The notes under the pieces are model-generated. The model was not told where the DNA came from and did no database searches. It saw nothing but the letters and a program-made list of their open reading frames with translations. DNA of 64,000 bases from Dimorphilus gyrociliatus (lineage: Eukaryota > Animalia > Annelida): NCBI GenBank assembly GCA_904063045.1, contig CAJFCJ010000018.1, forward strand, positions 806,001 to 870,000, in the 5' to 3' direction. Position numbers and translations under genes: made by a program. This document shows positions 40,114 through 50,135 of the stretch, in pieces (position 1 is the first letter of the stretch; each line of letters starts with the position of its first letter).

Positions 40114-41380
40114 TCAGCTGACCGAGCAGACGTTCTCGTACATACCTGGCTGCTGAACTATCTGCTCTTCCAAAGTATGAACGCTTATTCTCCTCTCGCG
40201 ATAATCCAATTCGTCTAAAATTTCGTCTCCGTTTGCACCATTAGTCGCCTCCTCTTCCTCCTCTTCTTCCTCCTCTCTCTCAATCGAATAATTATTGTTT
40301 CTACTCTCTGTTTGTCTATCAAAGTCTTCTATAGTTTTTGCTCGAATTTTTGAAGGCGTATCAAATGTAACATCCCCTATAACGGGATCGCAATAGAATG
40401 CATCTTCAGCATTTATGTTTGCCTCTCCTCTCTGCCGACGGAGATCAACCTTGGAAAATAAAAGTGGTTCCACATCCGGCATATGAACATCAGCAGTTGT
40501 AAGAAAGTAATCTGAGAAGTTGTAAGTAATTAACAAACTAAGATTAATAGGCTAATCTAAAGAGATAAGAAACACTTTATACTAGATCAACCGCAAACAA
40601 CTATGCAAGGCAAGATAAATGCTAAGAATTACCTGAGGAACGAACCATACGTCTAGACGTTAAGGGGTCGTAACCGTGACAAGATACTCCATTCGGTAAA
40701 AGATCTATGGCTTCAAATATATTTAATTGAAAAGTTCCTCCTATGACTACTGGCATCTCCTCAACAGATGACACATTCAACGCAAAAGCCGTAAGCAATT
40801 TGAATACAGACACTGCTCGAGTTTTGCATAAACAATCGTCCGTCAACCAGGACATAACTAATAATTTTCTATCTGGAACAGATCTATCCTTCAATTTAGC
40901 TAGTACAAAATTATTTTCTGGCAGATAATGATAAGGAAATCTTCCCATTTTTTGAAAATCGAATAAAACCTTTCATAGATAATATACACTAAGCGTATTA
41001 ATCAAACATAAGAATTAGCTAACATTATTGAACTTAGGCCTATTTAATGTATATTATCTATAAACCTTCCGATAATGCTTGTCATCCGTCATCATTCTAA
41101 AGCGTTCTTTGTTGAATATTAAGAAAGATTTATTCGTTCCAACCACGGTATATGAAGATGGTGGTCTAGGTTTAAATGATGCTCGGTGACCAAAGAGAAT
41201 TGAGACTTTCTTTTGATGGATAACATGCTCAATTAATAGTTGACCATACTTTTTCTTCTCCGTGTTTGCAAATCTTCCACTTAAGTTCATAGATACGACG
41301 GTTGTGTTATCGTGAGAAGATATCGACTTTTTCGTATTATTTGATAATATTCCGTTCTTGTCTAATTCAGATGCAGCCAT
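40114..41380 (-). CDS. Uncharacterised EEP (exonuclease/endonuclease/phosphatase, DNase I-like) fold protein with substituted catalytic residues; 3 exons; possible readthrough to 40057 and alternative 3' exons
   Basis: Spliced ORFs 41054-41449, 40622-40948 and 40114-40536 (aag|gtttat..gaaag|gtt; tcag|gtaatt..ctcag|at). Motif order VVSMNLSG / ILFGHR / PVVIGGTFQL / SDYFLTT / FYCDPV parallels the APE1 motifs SWNVDG / LQE / GDLN / LDYFLLS / SDHCP. Acidic tail follows. Confidence 0.65.
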
Positions 41381-41724
41381 TTTCGAGCTAAATGCAGGTG
41401 TTCGATACGAATTTTGAGTTATACAGCTGTTGTAATTGATTTTTTTCAAAAATAACGTCGTGCTGTTTTTTATATATATGAGTTTAGTCTCTTTTTAAAG
41501 GTTTGGTGATGATTCTAAACGTAAGAATTTCGATTTTCCTCTTTTTTTTCTTTTACATAAAATTTTTCACTGATCATTCTAGCGGCTTTGAAAAGCGCCA
41601 TCTAGCTACATCTTTACATTCTCACGATAACTCTTCATGGATAAAATGTTCATGTATTTTTTTTTGAATTTGATGAATAAATTTTTTTGTAATACAATAT
41701 ACTGCAAAACTAAACATATTCAAT

Positions 41725-41922
41725 CTATACAAAGTGTCTCACATATACATTAATAACACTCATTACGAATACATTCAATAAGCCTAAAAAAAACTTTTTA
41801 TACTCCTTCGAATCTGTTAGAAATTCAATGCATTCAAACGAGTTCAACGAGTTTTTTGCACCAGTTGGATGGAGAGCTTTCCCTGAAATACAATCTGCTT
41901 GTAAATAGTTTTTATACTCCAT
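41725..41922 (-). CDS. Small 65-aa ORF of unknown status
   Basis: ATG-initiated ORF in the EEP-GH27 intergenic gap, with a CTCF-like motif about 35 bp upstream; no recognisable homology. Confidence 0.2.
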   Translation of the reverse strand: MEYKNYLQADCISGKALHPTGAKNSLNSFECIEFLTDSKEYKKFFLGLLNVFVMSVINVYVRHFV

Positions 41923-42015
41923 TCAAACAAAAGCTAAAAATTTTTCGGGTGTAAGGTGCTGCCATCTGTTGTTGGGGATCGGGGCGTTTACAATGAAAAC
42001 TTATTCAATAGAATA

Positions 42016-42025
42016 ATCACGTGAC
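42016..42025 (+). promoter_or_regulatory. CLEAR-like E-box (ATCACGTGAC) upstream of the lysosomal glycosidase
   Basis: 9/10 match to GTCACGTGAC, about 25 bp before ATG 42051. Confidence 0.5.
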
Positions 42026-42050
42026 AGGCCTTAAGTATACTAAAGTTAAA

Positions 42051-43507
42051 ATGGAAGTGGTCCAAAATATTTTTGTTTTTTTATTTCTAACGAATTTAAG
42101 ATTTGTATTTAACCTAAATAATAATTTAGCGAGAACCCCGCCTATGGGATGGCTATCTTGGGAGAGATTTGAATGCAATACAGATTGCATGAATGATCCA
42201 GATAACTGTATCGGGTTTGTAGGCGGAAGCAACTGTTTAGGTTAATTGCGTTTAGTCTATAATATTCTGCAGAGAGCGATTAGTTAAAACAATTGCTGAT
42301 GCAATGGTCGAAAAAGGGTTTAGAGATGCTGGTTATACTTATGTTACTCTAGACGACTGCTGGCCTGCCAGGGAAAGAGATAAGCAAGGACGCTTACAGC
42401 CTGATCCTTTAAGATTTCCAAACGGAATAAAATACTTAGCCGACTACCTCCACTCTAAAGGCTTAAAACTAGGTCTCTACGAGGACATTGGCACTCACAC
42501 TTGTGCTGGATTTCCCGGAACCCAAGGTCATTGGAAATTAGATGCTCAAACTTATGCGGACTGGGGAGTTGATATGATAAAATTTGATGGCTGCAACTCA
42601 GATGTTCAACATTACGATATGGGTTTGTGATGAAAATCTATATTTCATTAATGAAATTTATATTCATTCTTTGGAAAGGTTTTCCTTTAATGGCGAAATA
42701 TTTAAATCAAACGGGACGACAAATTTTATATTCTTGCGAATGGCCTTTATATGAAAGAGCTCACGGAGTAAAGGTATAATTAAATTCTCATTTAACTAAA
42801 GTTTACATTTTTTGATAATTTCTCCTTTAAGCCAAATTATACTGCGGTTGCAGAAGCTTGCAACACTTTTAGAGTATATGGTGATATATATGATGCTCGT
42901 CAAAGTATTATGAGTGTCGTTAATTGGTATGGAGAAAATCCAGGAGGCTTCTTAAATGTGTCTGGGCCTGGCCACTGGAGCGATGGAGATATGATTACAT
43001 TAGGTAATTACGGTCTCAGCCATAGCGAAGAAAGAACTCAAATTGGAATGTGGGCAATTTTTGCATCTCCTTTACTAATGTCTGTCGATATAAGAACAAT
43101 CAACGATAAATCTAGAAGACTTTTACAACATCGAGGTGTTTTAAGTATTAGTCAAGATAGTTTAGGAATTCCTGGAAGAAGAATTTTAAATGTAAGAAAT
43201 GTAGCTAAAAATTAAAAATTCTATAAAAATAAATCATTTCCAGATGGAAAATGGAGCTATTCAAGTTTGGGTAAGACCTTTGGCACCAAGGGGAACTTTC
43301 GCCATAGCTACAATATACACCAATACTTTTGGATACCCTATAAAAGTGTCAACGAAGCTGTCTGACCTTGGCTTAAAAAATCCAAACGGCTACAACGTAA
43401 CAGAAGTATTTGATGGCATTCATAGGGGAGAGTTTAGGTCAAATCACAATTACACAAGAATGGTTAAACCAACTGATATTGACTTAGTTCTAGCTAAGGT
43501 ACTATAA
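42051..43507 (+). CDS. GLA: GH27 lysosomal alpha-galactosidase A / alpha-N-acetylgalactosaminidase family enzyme, 5 exons
   Basis: Hydrophobic signal sequence, [28 protein letters not shown] (nucleophile), [14 protein letters not shown] (acid/base), [13 protein letters not shown] versus NAGA orthology is not resolved. Confidence 0.9.
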
Positions 43508-43895
43508 ATCCAAATTTTTGGATCCTTAACAATAAACTTTTATACTTTACTAGTTATACAAAAATAAGAAATACATGTTTTTGAAAAAATCAGATAATAA
43601 ATAGTGGCAAAAAGGTCAACTTAGCTCTAATAGTTATTGTAAACTTCTAATGTAAATTATTTATATTTGAGATATGTTCTATCAGTGGCTTTTTATTATT
43701 TATATATATATATATATATATACATATACACTTTAATATATAGTATACGAAGAGACGTTTTAACATATCGTCTGTTCTCAGTTAACCGAAGGTTTTGCCT
43801 TTACAAATCTTTCAAATGATTTCCCTTCTTTTCTTTCATCAGCATCTAAAATTATTGTAAGTTTTTTTAGTGATTTCTATGAAAAAGCAAGAAGA

Positions 43896-45472
43896 TTAAC
43901 AGTACAAACCGGCATTTTCGATTTCTGCCTCACTGTCATCTTCGTCATCATTATTTGGAGCTAAGGTAACTGTTCGGACGTTGGCCATAGTAGCTGTTGT
44001 AAAAGGTAAATTATACTTCAAGATTGGATAATATAATACAAGAGCAGTACCTTCTATGTCATCTGAAATATCATTCTTTACTCTATCCATATTCTCTTTT
44101 TTCCTAGCAGATTCTCTCTTTTCCTTCATTTTTTCATACATTGGTAAAAATTCTCTGCAAGATCATCAATTAAACAGACATATAATATGTATACTGTATA
44201 TATGTAAAATATAGCTTTACCTCTCATATTCGAATCCACATTTATTGGCGGCAGCTAAGAAGTCGTTTAATCCTGTTCCGGTTAGAGAAGAAACTGCTAC
44301 GGGCTGTAAATTTTCATTTAATTTATGAGAAAATCGATTAACTTAGATTTCAAACTTACGGATAGATGACTGTAAAATTCATCTAAAACAAGGCTCATTG
44401 ACCGAGTAAGATTTGAAACGTAAGAAGTGTCATCATTTAAGGCTTCCTGAAAAGTCTCAAAGTCCTTCATCCACTCAAAAGCGAAACTAGGGTTGATTAT
44501 ATCAGCCTTTTTAAAGTAAATATTTTAATTATATATATATATATTCCACAAATTGAAGAGTTTTTACTACCTTATTGAAAACGATTATAAAAGGTAATTT
44601 CATTTTATAAAGAATACTACAGGCGTACAGCATATTTGACATAAATGTCACAGGATTTACGTTTCGAGCTGTATCTACAATATATACAATTGCTGTGGCC
44701 ATAGAAGCTGCCTAAATGTGGAATACAAGACTTTAAATTAATGATTTTTTAAAAAATTTTCAACCCACAATGCTTTCGCTGATAATTGTTCCCGAGGCAG
44801 ACCAGGTAAAAACTTCGATTTGACCAGGAGTATCTATCACAACATATTTTGGAGCACTTTTGTCTTTAGGGTTACATCTTTTTTCAATAATTGATAAGAC
44901 CTAAATATAATCATTTATCTTTAAAAATACATCTAATTGACTATATCCAACAAAGTGTTTTACTTGATCAAATGCCATTGAAAATAGGTTCAATGACGTA
45001 ACAATCCCTCCGTTGGGTCCAAGACCATATTGTTTCATAACTTCTTTATATTTAACTGTATCTCTTATATCTAAATAAAAGTTGATGACAGAATTGCTCT
45101 ATTTCAATTTTAGAGTAAACTAACCAATATTTGCTGGAAATGGAACTTCTTTGACAGCGGGATCCAAATTTATGACATAAGGTGGTGTTTTTTTTGAATG
45201 GAGAAAAGATGTAAGTCTCTAGGGAAGAGAGATACAGATTAGCAAGTCAGACTAAACATTTCGCAACAATTGAGTAAAACTTATATTATCACTCATTCAC
45301 AAATGAAAGTCAAGTTGCTTACTTGAACAAAGGCAGTCTTCCCTGACCCAGCCATACCTAAAACTATTAAACAAATTGGTTTGTCATAGGGCTTATTTCC
45401 AGAAGTTTCTTGAGCAGGTAGATCATCTGATTCCATTGTATTTGGTTCTTCTAAACCAGGCGCCGCCGCCAT
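43896..45472 (-). CDS. GPN1: GPN-loop GTPase 1 (XAB1)
   Basis: [70 protein letters not shown], acidic C-terminus. Confidence 0.95.
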
Positions 45473-45655
45473 TTTTGTTTATATATACACACTTTCGTAT
45501 CTTTGTAAGTAATCTTCCAATATTTGAAAACATTTAGCCAATGATAAAGATCGATTTTCAGAATTTTACGTAACTAGAAATATGTCTATCTACCGGAAAG
45601 TGCAGTTTGAGGGCGCACACTTTTCAAGCTAAATTTCTCTTTTTATAAAATCAAT
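45473..45655. promoter_or_regulatory. 183-bp bidirectional promoter of GPN1 and COA1
   Basis: Divergent ATGs. YY1-like AAAATGGCGG overlaps the GPN1 ATG; CTCF-like CAGTTTGAGGGCGC at 45603-45616; ETS-like CCGGAAAG near 45592. Confidence 0.55.
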
Positions 45656-46569
45656 ATGTCATTAAAAACGCTTAAAAGAGTAGCCCTAGTAGGAGGAGTA
45701 ATGGCTTTGGGAGGTGCTGGTTATTTCACATATAAAATTCAAAGTATGTTTTCTTTTTAAATTTACACCCTCTACATATGACAATTACTATATTATGATT
45801 TACTTGTTACTTTTTAGTAAAGTATCCATATATTAAAGAAAGAACTAGCTAATTTATGTTGATGAAAGTAGAAGCCAAAAGTGGTTTAAAAGTAAACACA
45901 TTGTTTTCTATCTAATCCAAAATAAAACAATAGTAACTATTGATTGATTCAAGTATTAATGAAGAGTTGATATTTCATACATATATTTGTTATCTATGAT
46001 ATATGACGGTTGTAAGATAACGTTTATTATGTTTTAATCTAATAACACTATTAATTACTATTTTTAGATAATTTTCGGAATGCAGTATATACTCAGAAGG
46101 CTATATTTCTCTTTGAAAATTATCCAGCAGCAAATGACCTTATAGGTAAACCTTTCCGATACAAGAATATAGACTTAGGAGATACAAAAAAGAACTTCGT
46201 ATTTGAACATCGGGCTCAGGTAACTGTTTTATGTATGATACAGCTGTGTCAGATCTAACATTCTGTTTAACCTTCATGAAATTGACCTCAATATTATTGT
46301 TACCACAGTTAGAAATTCCTGTAAACGGTTCAAAGGGAGATGGGAAAATGTTTCTATTTGCTCATAGGGAGAAATTAAATCAAGAGTAAGTTCTCATTTC
46401 TCATTAAAAAACATATTTGATGAATGTGTTCAATAGTTGGGAATTAGAAAAATTGGATATGGAAGTAAAGGGAACAAGGTGGACATTCTGGATGAATCCC
46501 GAAAAGCCCGATATTCAGAAAACTACAACAGAAAATCCTGACACAAAGAGTGTTAAAAAATCTGCATGA
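45656..46569 (+). CDS. COA1: Cytochrome c oxidase assembly factor 1 family protein, 4 exons
   Basis: Spliced: MSLKTLKRVALVGGVMALGGAGYFTYKIQ|NNFRNAVYTQKAISLL...LIGKP...IDLGD...|LEIPVNGSKGDGKMF...|WELEKLD. An N-terminal TM segment plus the G.P / IPV.G.KG.G pattern fits the COA1 family. Confidence 0.8.
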
Positions 46570-47458
46570 AAAAATAAGTTGTTTTTTCTTTGAATTAAAA
46601 CTGTTTCCATAAAAAACAATAAATATAGATATAATAATATTCAGAATAAACTGGTTTATGAAGTGTTACGAGAATCATCCTTGTTCTATAATCAATCCTA
46701 ACAACTTTTTTTGTTTTTCCTCATTATCATTAATATTCGCTATATCTCTGTAATTTCAACACACACCTAACTAAGAAGACGAGAAGGGTGTCATCTCAAG
46801 CGATAAAGATTGCCATGCAACTCATGCTTTGCTAATCAATGAGAAATAAGCCCTAATCTCGTTAAAAAACAAAAATAATGACTTTCTAGAATGCGATATC
46901 CTTATTCTTTATGAGAGTAAATAGGATAACTGTATTTTTTATAGATAGGGATTAATGAAAAGCGGCTTTTATGACACCTTCGTCATTAATACAATGAATA
47001 TTCTTATTGATAGTTTTCACATATTGTACTAGTTATTCAAATCAATAACGATTATTTGCAACTACTTTAACGTAATATACATTTTCTAATACGAAGAAAT
47101 TGTTATAGTTGTTCTTATTAAATCATTTAGATATTGCCTTTGCCAGCTTTTCTCTTCTATTAGAATTAATAACAAGGGAAAAAAGCTTTTAACAAGTTAA
47201 ACCAGGTAAGAAAGACTCTGGAGAAAGCGAAAAGGAAATCAGAGAATGTGTAATTAATTTTATAAGTAATTACACTTGTTCTCCTTCAAGCTTACTATGT
47301 ACAATTTCTTCTTTTTGTTTATAACGTAAGTTGAAGTAATTGACTTACTGGGTACGTTTGTATCCTCTTCCAGAATTATAATGCAACAAAGTACGTCACT
47401 CATAATAAAGTAAAATGCAATCTTATAAGACATTTAACCTGAGACACTAAGTTTTATT

Positions 47459-47498
47459 TAATAAAAATTATTTAATTAATAAAAATTATTTAATTAAT
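47459..47498. repeat. 18-bp tandem repeat (TAATAAAAATTATTTAAT x2.2)
   Basis: Direct inspection. Confidence 0.8.
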
Positions 47499-48035
47499 CG
47501 ATAGCATTTCGTACAAATCCAATAACCAGACTTAATGGTCAATATTTTAAAACAGCCATCTATTAATTATATGTCTATCAATTGTCTTTTAATGTAATAT
47601 GTTATATGAACCGTTTAATTCTAAAAATAAAGTACGCACCGATAGAAATACGAGGAAAGGAAACCAATTCATAAAGCATTTCGTCGAAGAAAGAAAATGA
47701 TAACGTAAGTTTATACAGTTACTACTTATTTTTAATTATTTACTATGAACCTAAAAGCAATACAAAACTAAAGAAATAGATAAAGAGTCTATTTTCATTC
47801 CATATATAATGCGTAAAATGTATTTGATAGACAAACAAAAGGAAAAGATTCGCAACAAAGAGTCTGATTTGTTTTAATAAGATACGTCAAAGGTGAAAAT
47901 AATAGGGTGAATATTTCTTTACTTTTAACTTATCCATCGAATTATATATATAGTAAATGAGCTTAACATATCCAAAAAGTAGTCTATTCCATTAATTGTA
48001 CCATTAGGCGAGAAAAATTCTCACTCTTTTTTGTA

Positions 48036-49444
48036 TCAGTATTCATTTTTTAGAAAGTTAATTATCGCAGGAGGCACATCAAGATCGTAAACATTGCTCA
48101 TTCGGATTCTCTGCATTATTATTCGCCTGCATATAGATTTTAAACTCATCAAAATATTTGGTAATTTATGAATATAGACATGTCGGTCCGCAACGCAGTG
48201 TACCAACACTGAAAAAAATGAATCACATTCCGAAAATGCTGGGAAGACATTGAGATTTAGATAGTCTGAAACATAATAATGAGGTCCTGAACAATTGGTG
48301 GTGTAGATAGGGTTTAAATCGTAGGCACAGAAGATTATCACTTTATTAATAATAGCCCCTTGAGTTTCATCAAGCAGTTTAACAGCTACATAGTATCCAG
48401 TAGTTGATGATACAATTTGACGAACTCTGCCTCCTTTTTCTAATGCATCATCCTTTACCGTAACTTCATTTAACACCAAATTACTTTCATAATCGAAACA
48501 TTGGACCACGTTATTTCGACATCTATACACTACATCATTTGAGAAGCGATTATCATATGCATATATCACAAAATATTCCTCATTTGAGTCTTTAGGTTTA
48601 TCTATTTCTTTGAAGATATAAACAATGCCTTCGTCAAATTTTGTCAAAGGCTCCAACTCAGCTTCTGTCTTCATTAACGTATTGTATGAATATTTGATGG
48701 GAGATATTATTACTGTTTTACAATTAGGAGAAATTAATGCAAAATAATGACTAGATTGACCAGGAGAATCCATTGATTGATCGACTGTTAATTGAACTTT
48801 ACACAAACAACTGCTAAAATCTTCTTTCAATCGGATAATATAGAATTCTCTTCTCTTTGACACGATTGACATAATTTCGATTACACAAACATCCACTTTC
48901 AGGGCAAGCACAATTGGTTGACAAGTATTAGGGTATCGATTTGATGATATCGTCAGGGATCTGGGTATATTTACTTTATATATTATGTTATTAACCACTG
49001 ATTTTTTTTCTTTAACGCTTTAGCAGGAGTATTTTGTAAATCAACGTGAATTCAATAATAGTCGAAATAAAATAAATTCAATTAATACAATATCTTCATG
49101 TAATTTAAGAGAATTTATCTTTACATAATATTAGAATTCACAAAATTGACAAAATACTTCAATAATCTCTTTTCAGATCTAATATGCAAGACTGTATCTC
49201 TTATCATTGTTGGTTTCAGATGAAAGCCCGTATGACCATTAGGCATAACAAATATTCCATTAGCTTTTTCAATTTCTCCATAACCACAACATTGTAGTTC
49301 AGGCTTATCAGGGAAGCCGTATTTATGAAAGCTTTTTTTCCTGTATTTACAAAATGTTACTATTTTGACATGTTCATCCGATGATAAGAATTCTTCTCTT
49401 TTTCTTATCTTCTTCGATGATCGGTTCCTTATAAGCTGATTCAT
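48036..49444 (-). CDS. Orphan beta-strand-rich protein with C-terminal SOCS box, probably 2 exons
   Basis: ORF 48036-48998 ends SLKSICRRIIMQRI...LDVPPAIINFL (BC box plus Cul5-box-like). ORF 49121-49444 joins in frame via a phase-2 intron (aa|gtattt...ctaaag|c). Confidence 0.7.
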
Positions 49445-50005
49445 AGTATTACGAAACTGCGAAAATAGACATAACAGATAATGAAAAAGGTCTAGTTGAT
49501 TCCAGGAAATTGAAATTGAAAAGACGAAATGTAAACAAAGGGGCGATAAATGGATCGTTTATAAAACTCCAACATACTTCGATGCTCATTGGCTACCTGA
49601 AAATTTTATTTTATTTTACCCGCCATCAAAGAAAGATCGTTCGAAAAAAATTCGTACCATTTGACAAATGAATTAATAAATGTGCAGATAATAATACAAA
49701 ATACACGCCTGACATTTAGGAACATGGATATGGAATGATTAAATGACAAATTTACAAAAGAATATTTAATAAGCAGTCCTTACGGTTGAAAAAGAAATTC
49801 TATAATTTTTTTTTACATTTGGAATATGTAATATACAATAAAAAAATTCGAAACAGAGATTATACGTTTCAGCAATTTTATACTATAATATTTATTTCTA
49901 TAAAATATTGAAAAAAAATATAACTAACCATTTCATACAAAAAACATTCTCTTCAAACTAACTAAGCCTTTTAGTGCTAACCAACTAACAACGAACAATT
50001 TTACG

Positions 50006-50060
50006 AAACTAGAGGGCGTCAGGTAAAAAACAAATATGGCGGTTTCGTCAGCCAATGAGG
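50006..50060 (+). promoter_or_regulatory. Citron promoter: CTCF-like, YY1-like and CCAAT motifs
   Basis: AAACTAGAGGGCGT at 50006-50019, AATATGGCGG near 50033, AGCCAATGA near 50050. Confidence 0.5.
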
Positions 50061-50135
50061 TTTCAATACAGAAACGGTCAACATTCAAGTACAGAAATTT
50101 TTCTTATGTTTGAAAAAGAGTCATCTTAAGATATA

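Noticed and set aside
39900-40116. Selenocysteine recoding of the EEP-gene TGA
   Set aside because: No SECIS-like AUGA/AA/GA stem was found by eye, and the context matches CUAG readthrough. Not formally excluded without SECISearch3.
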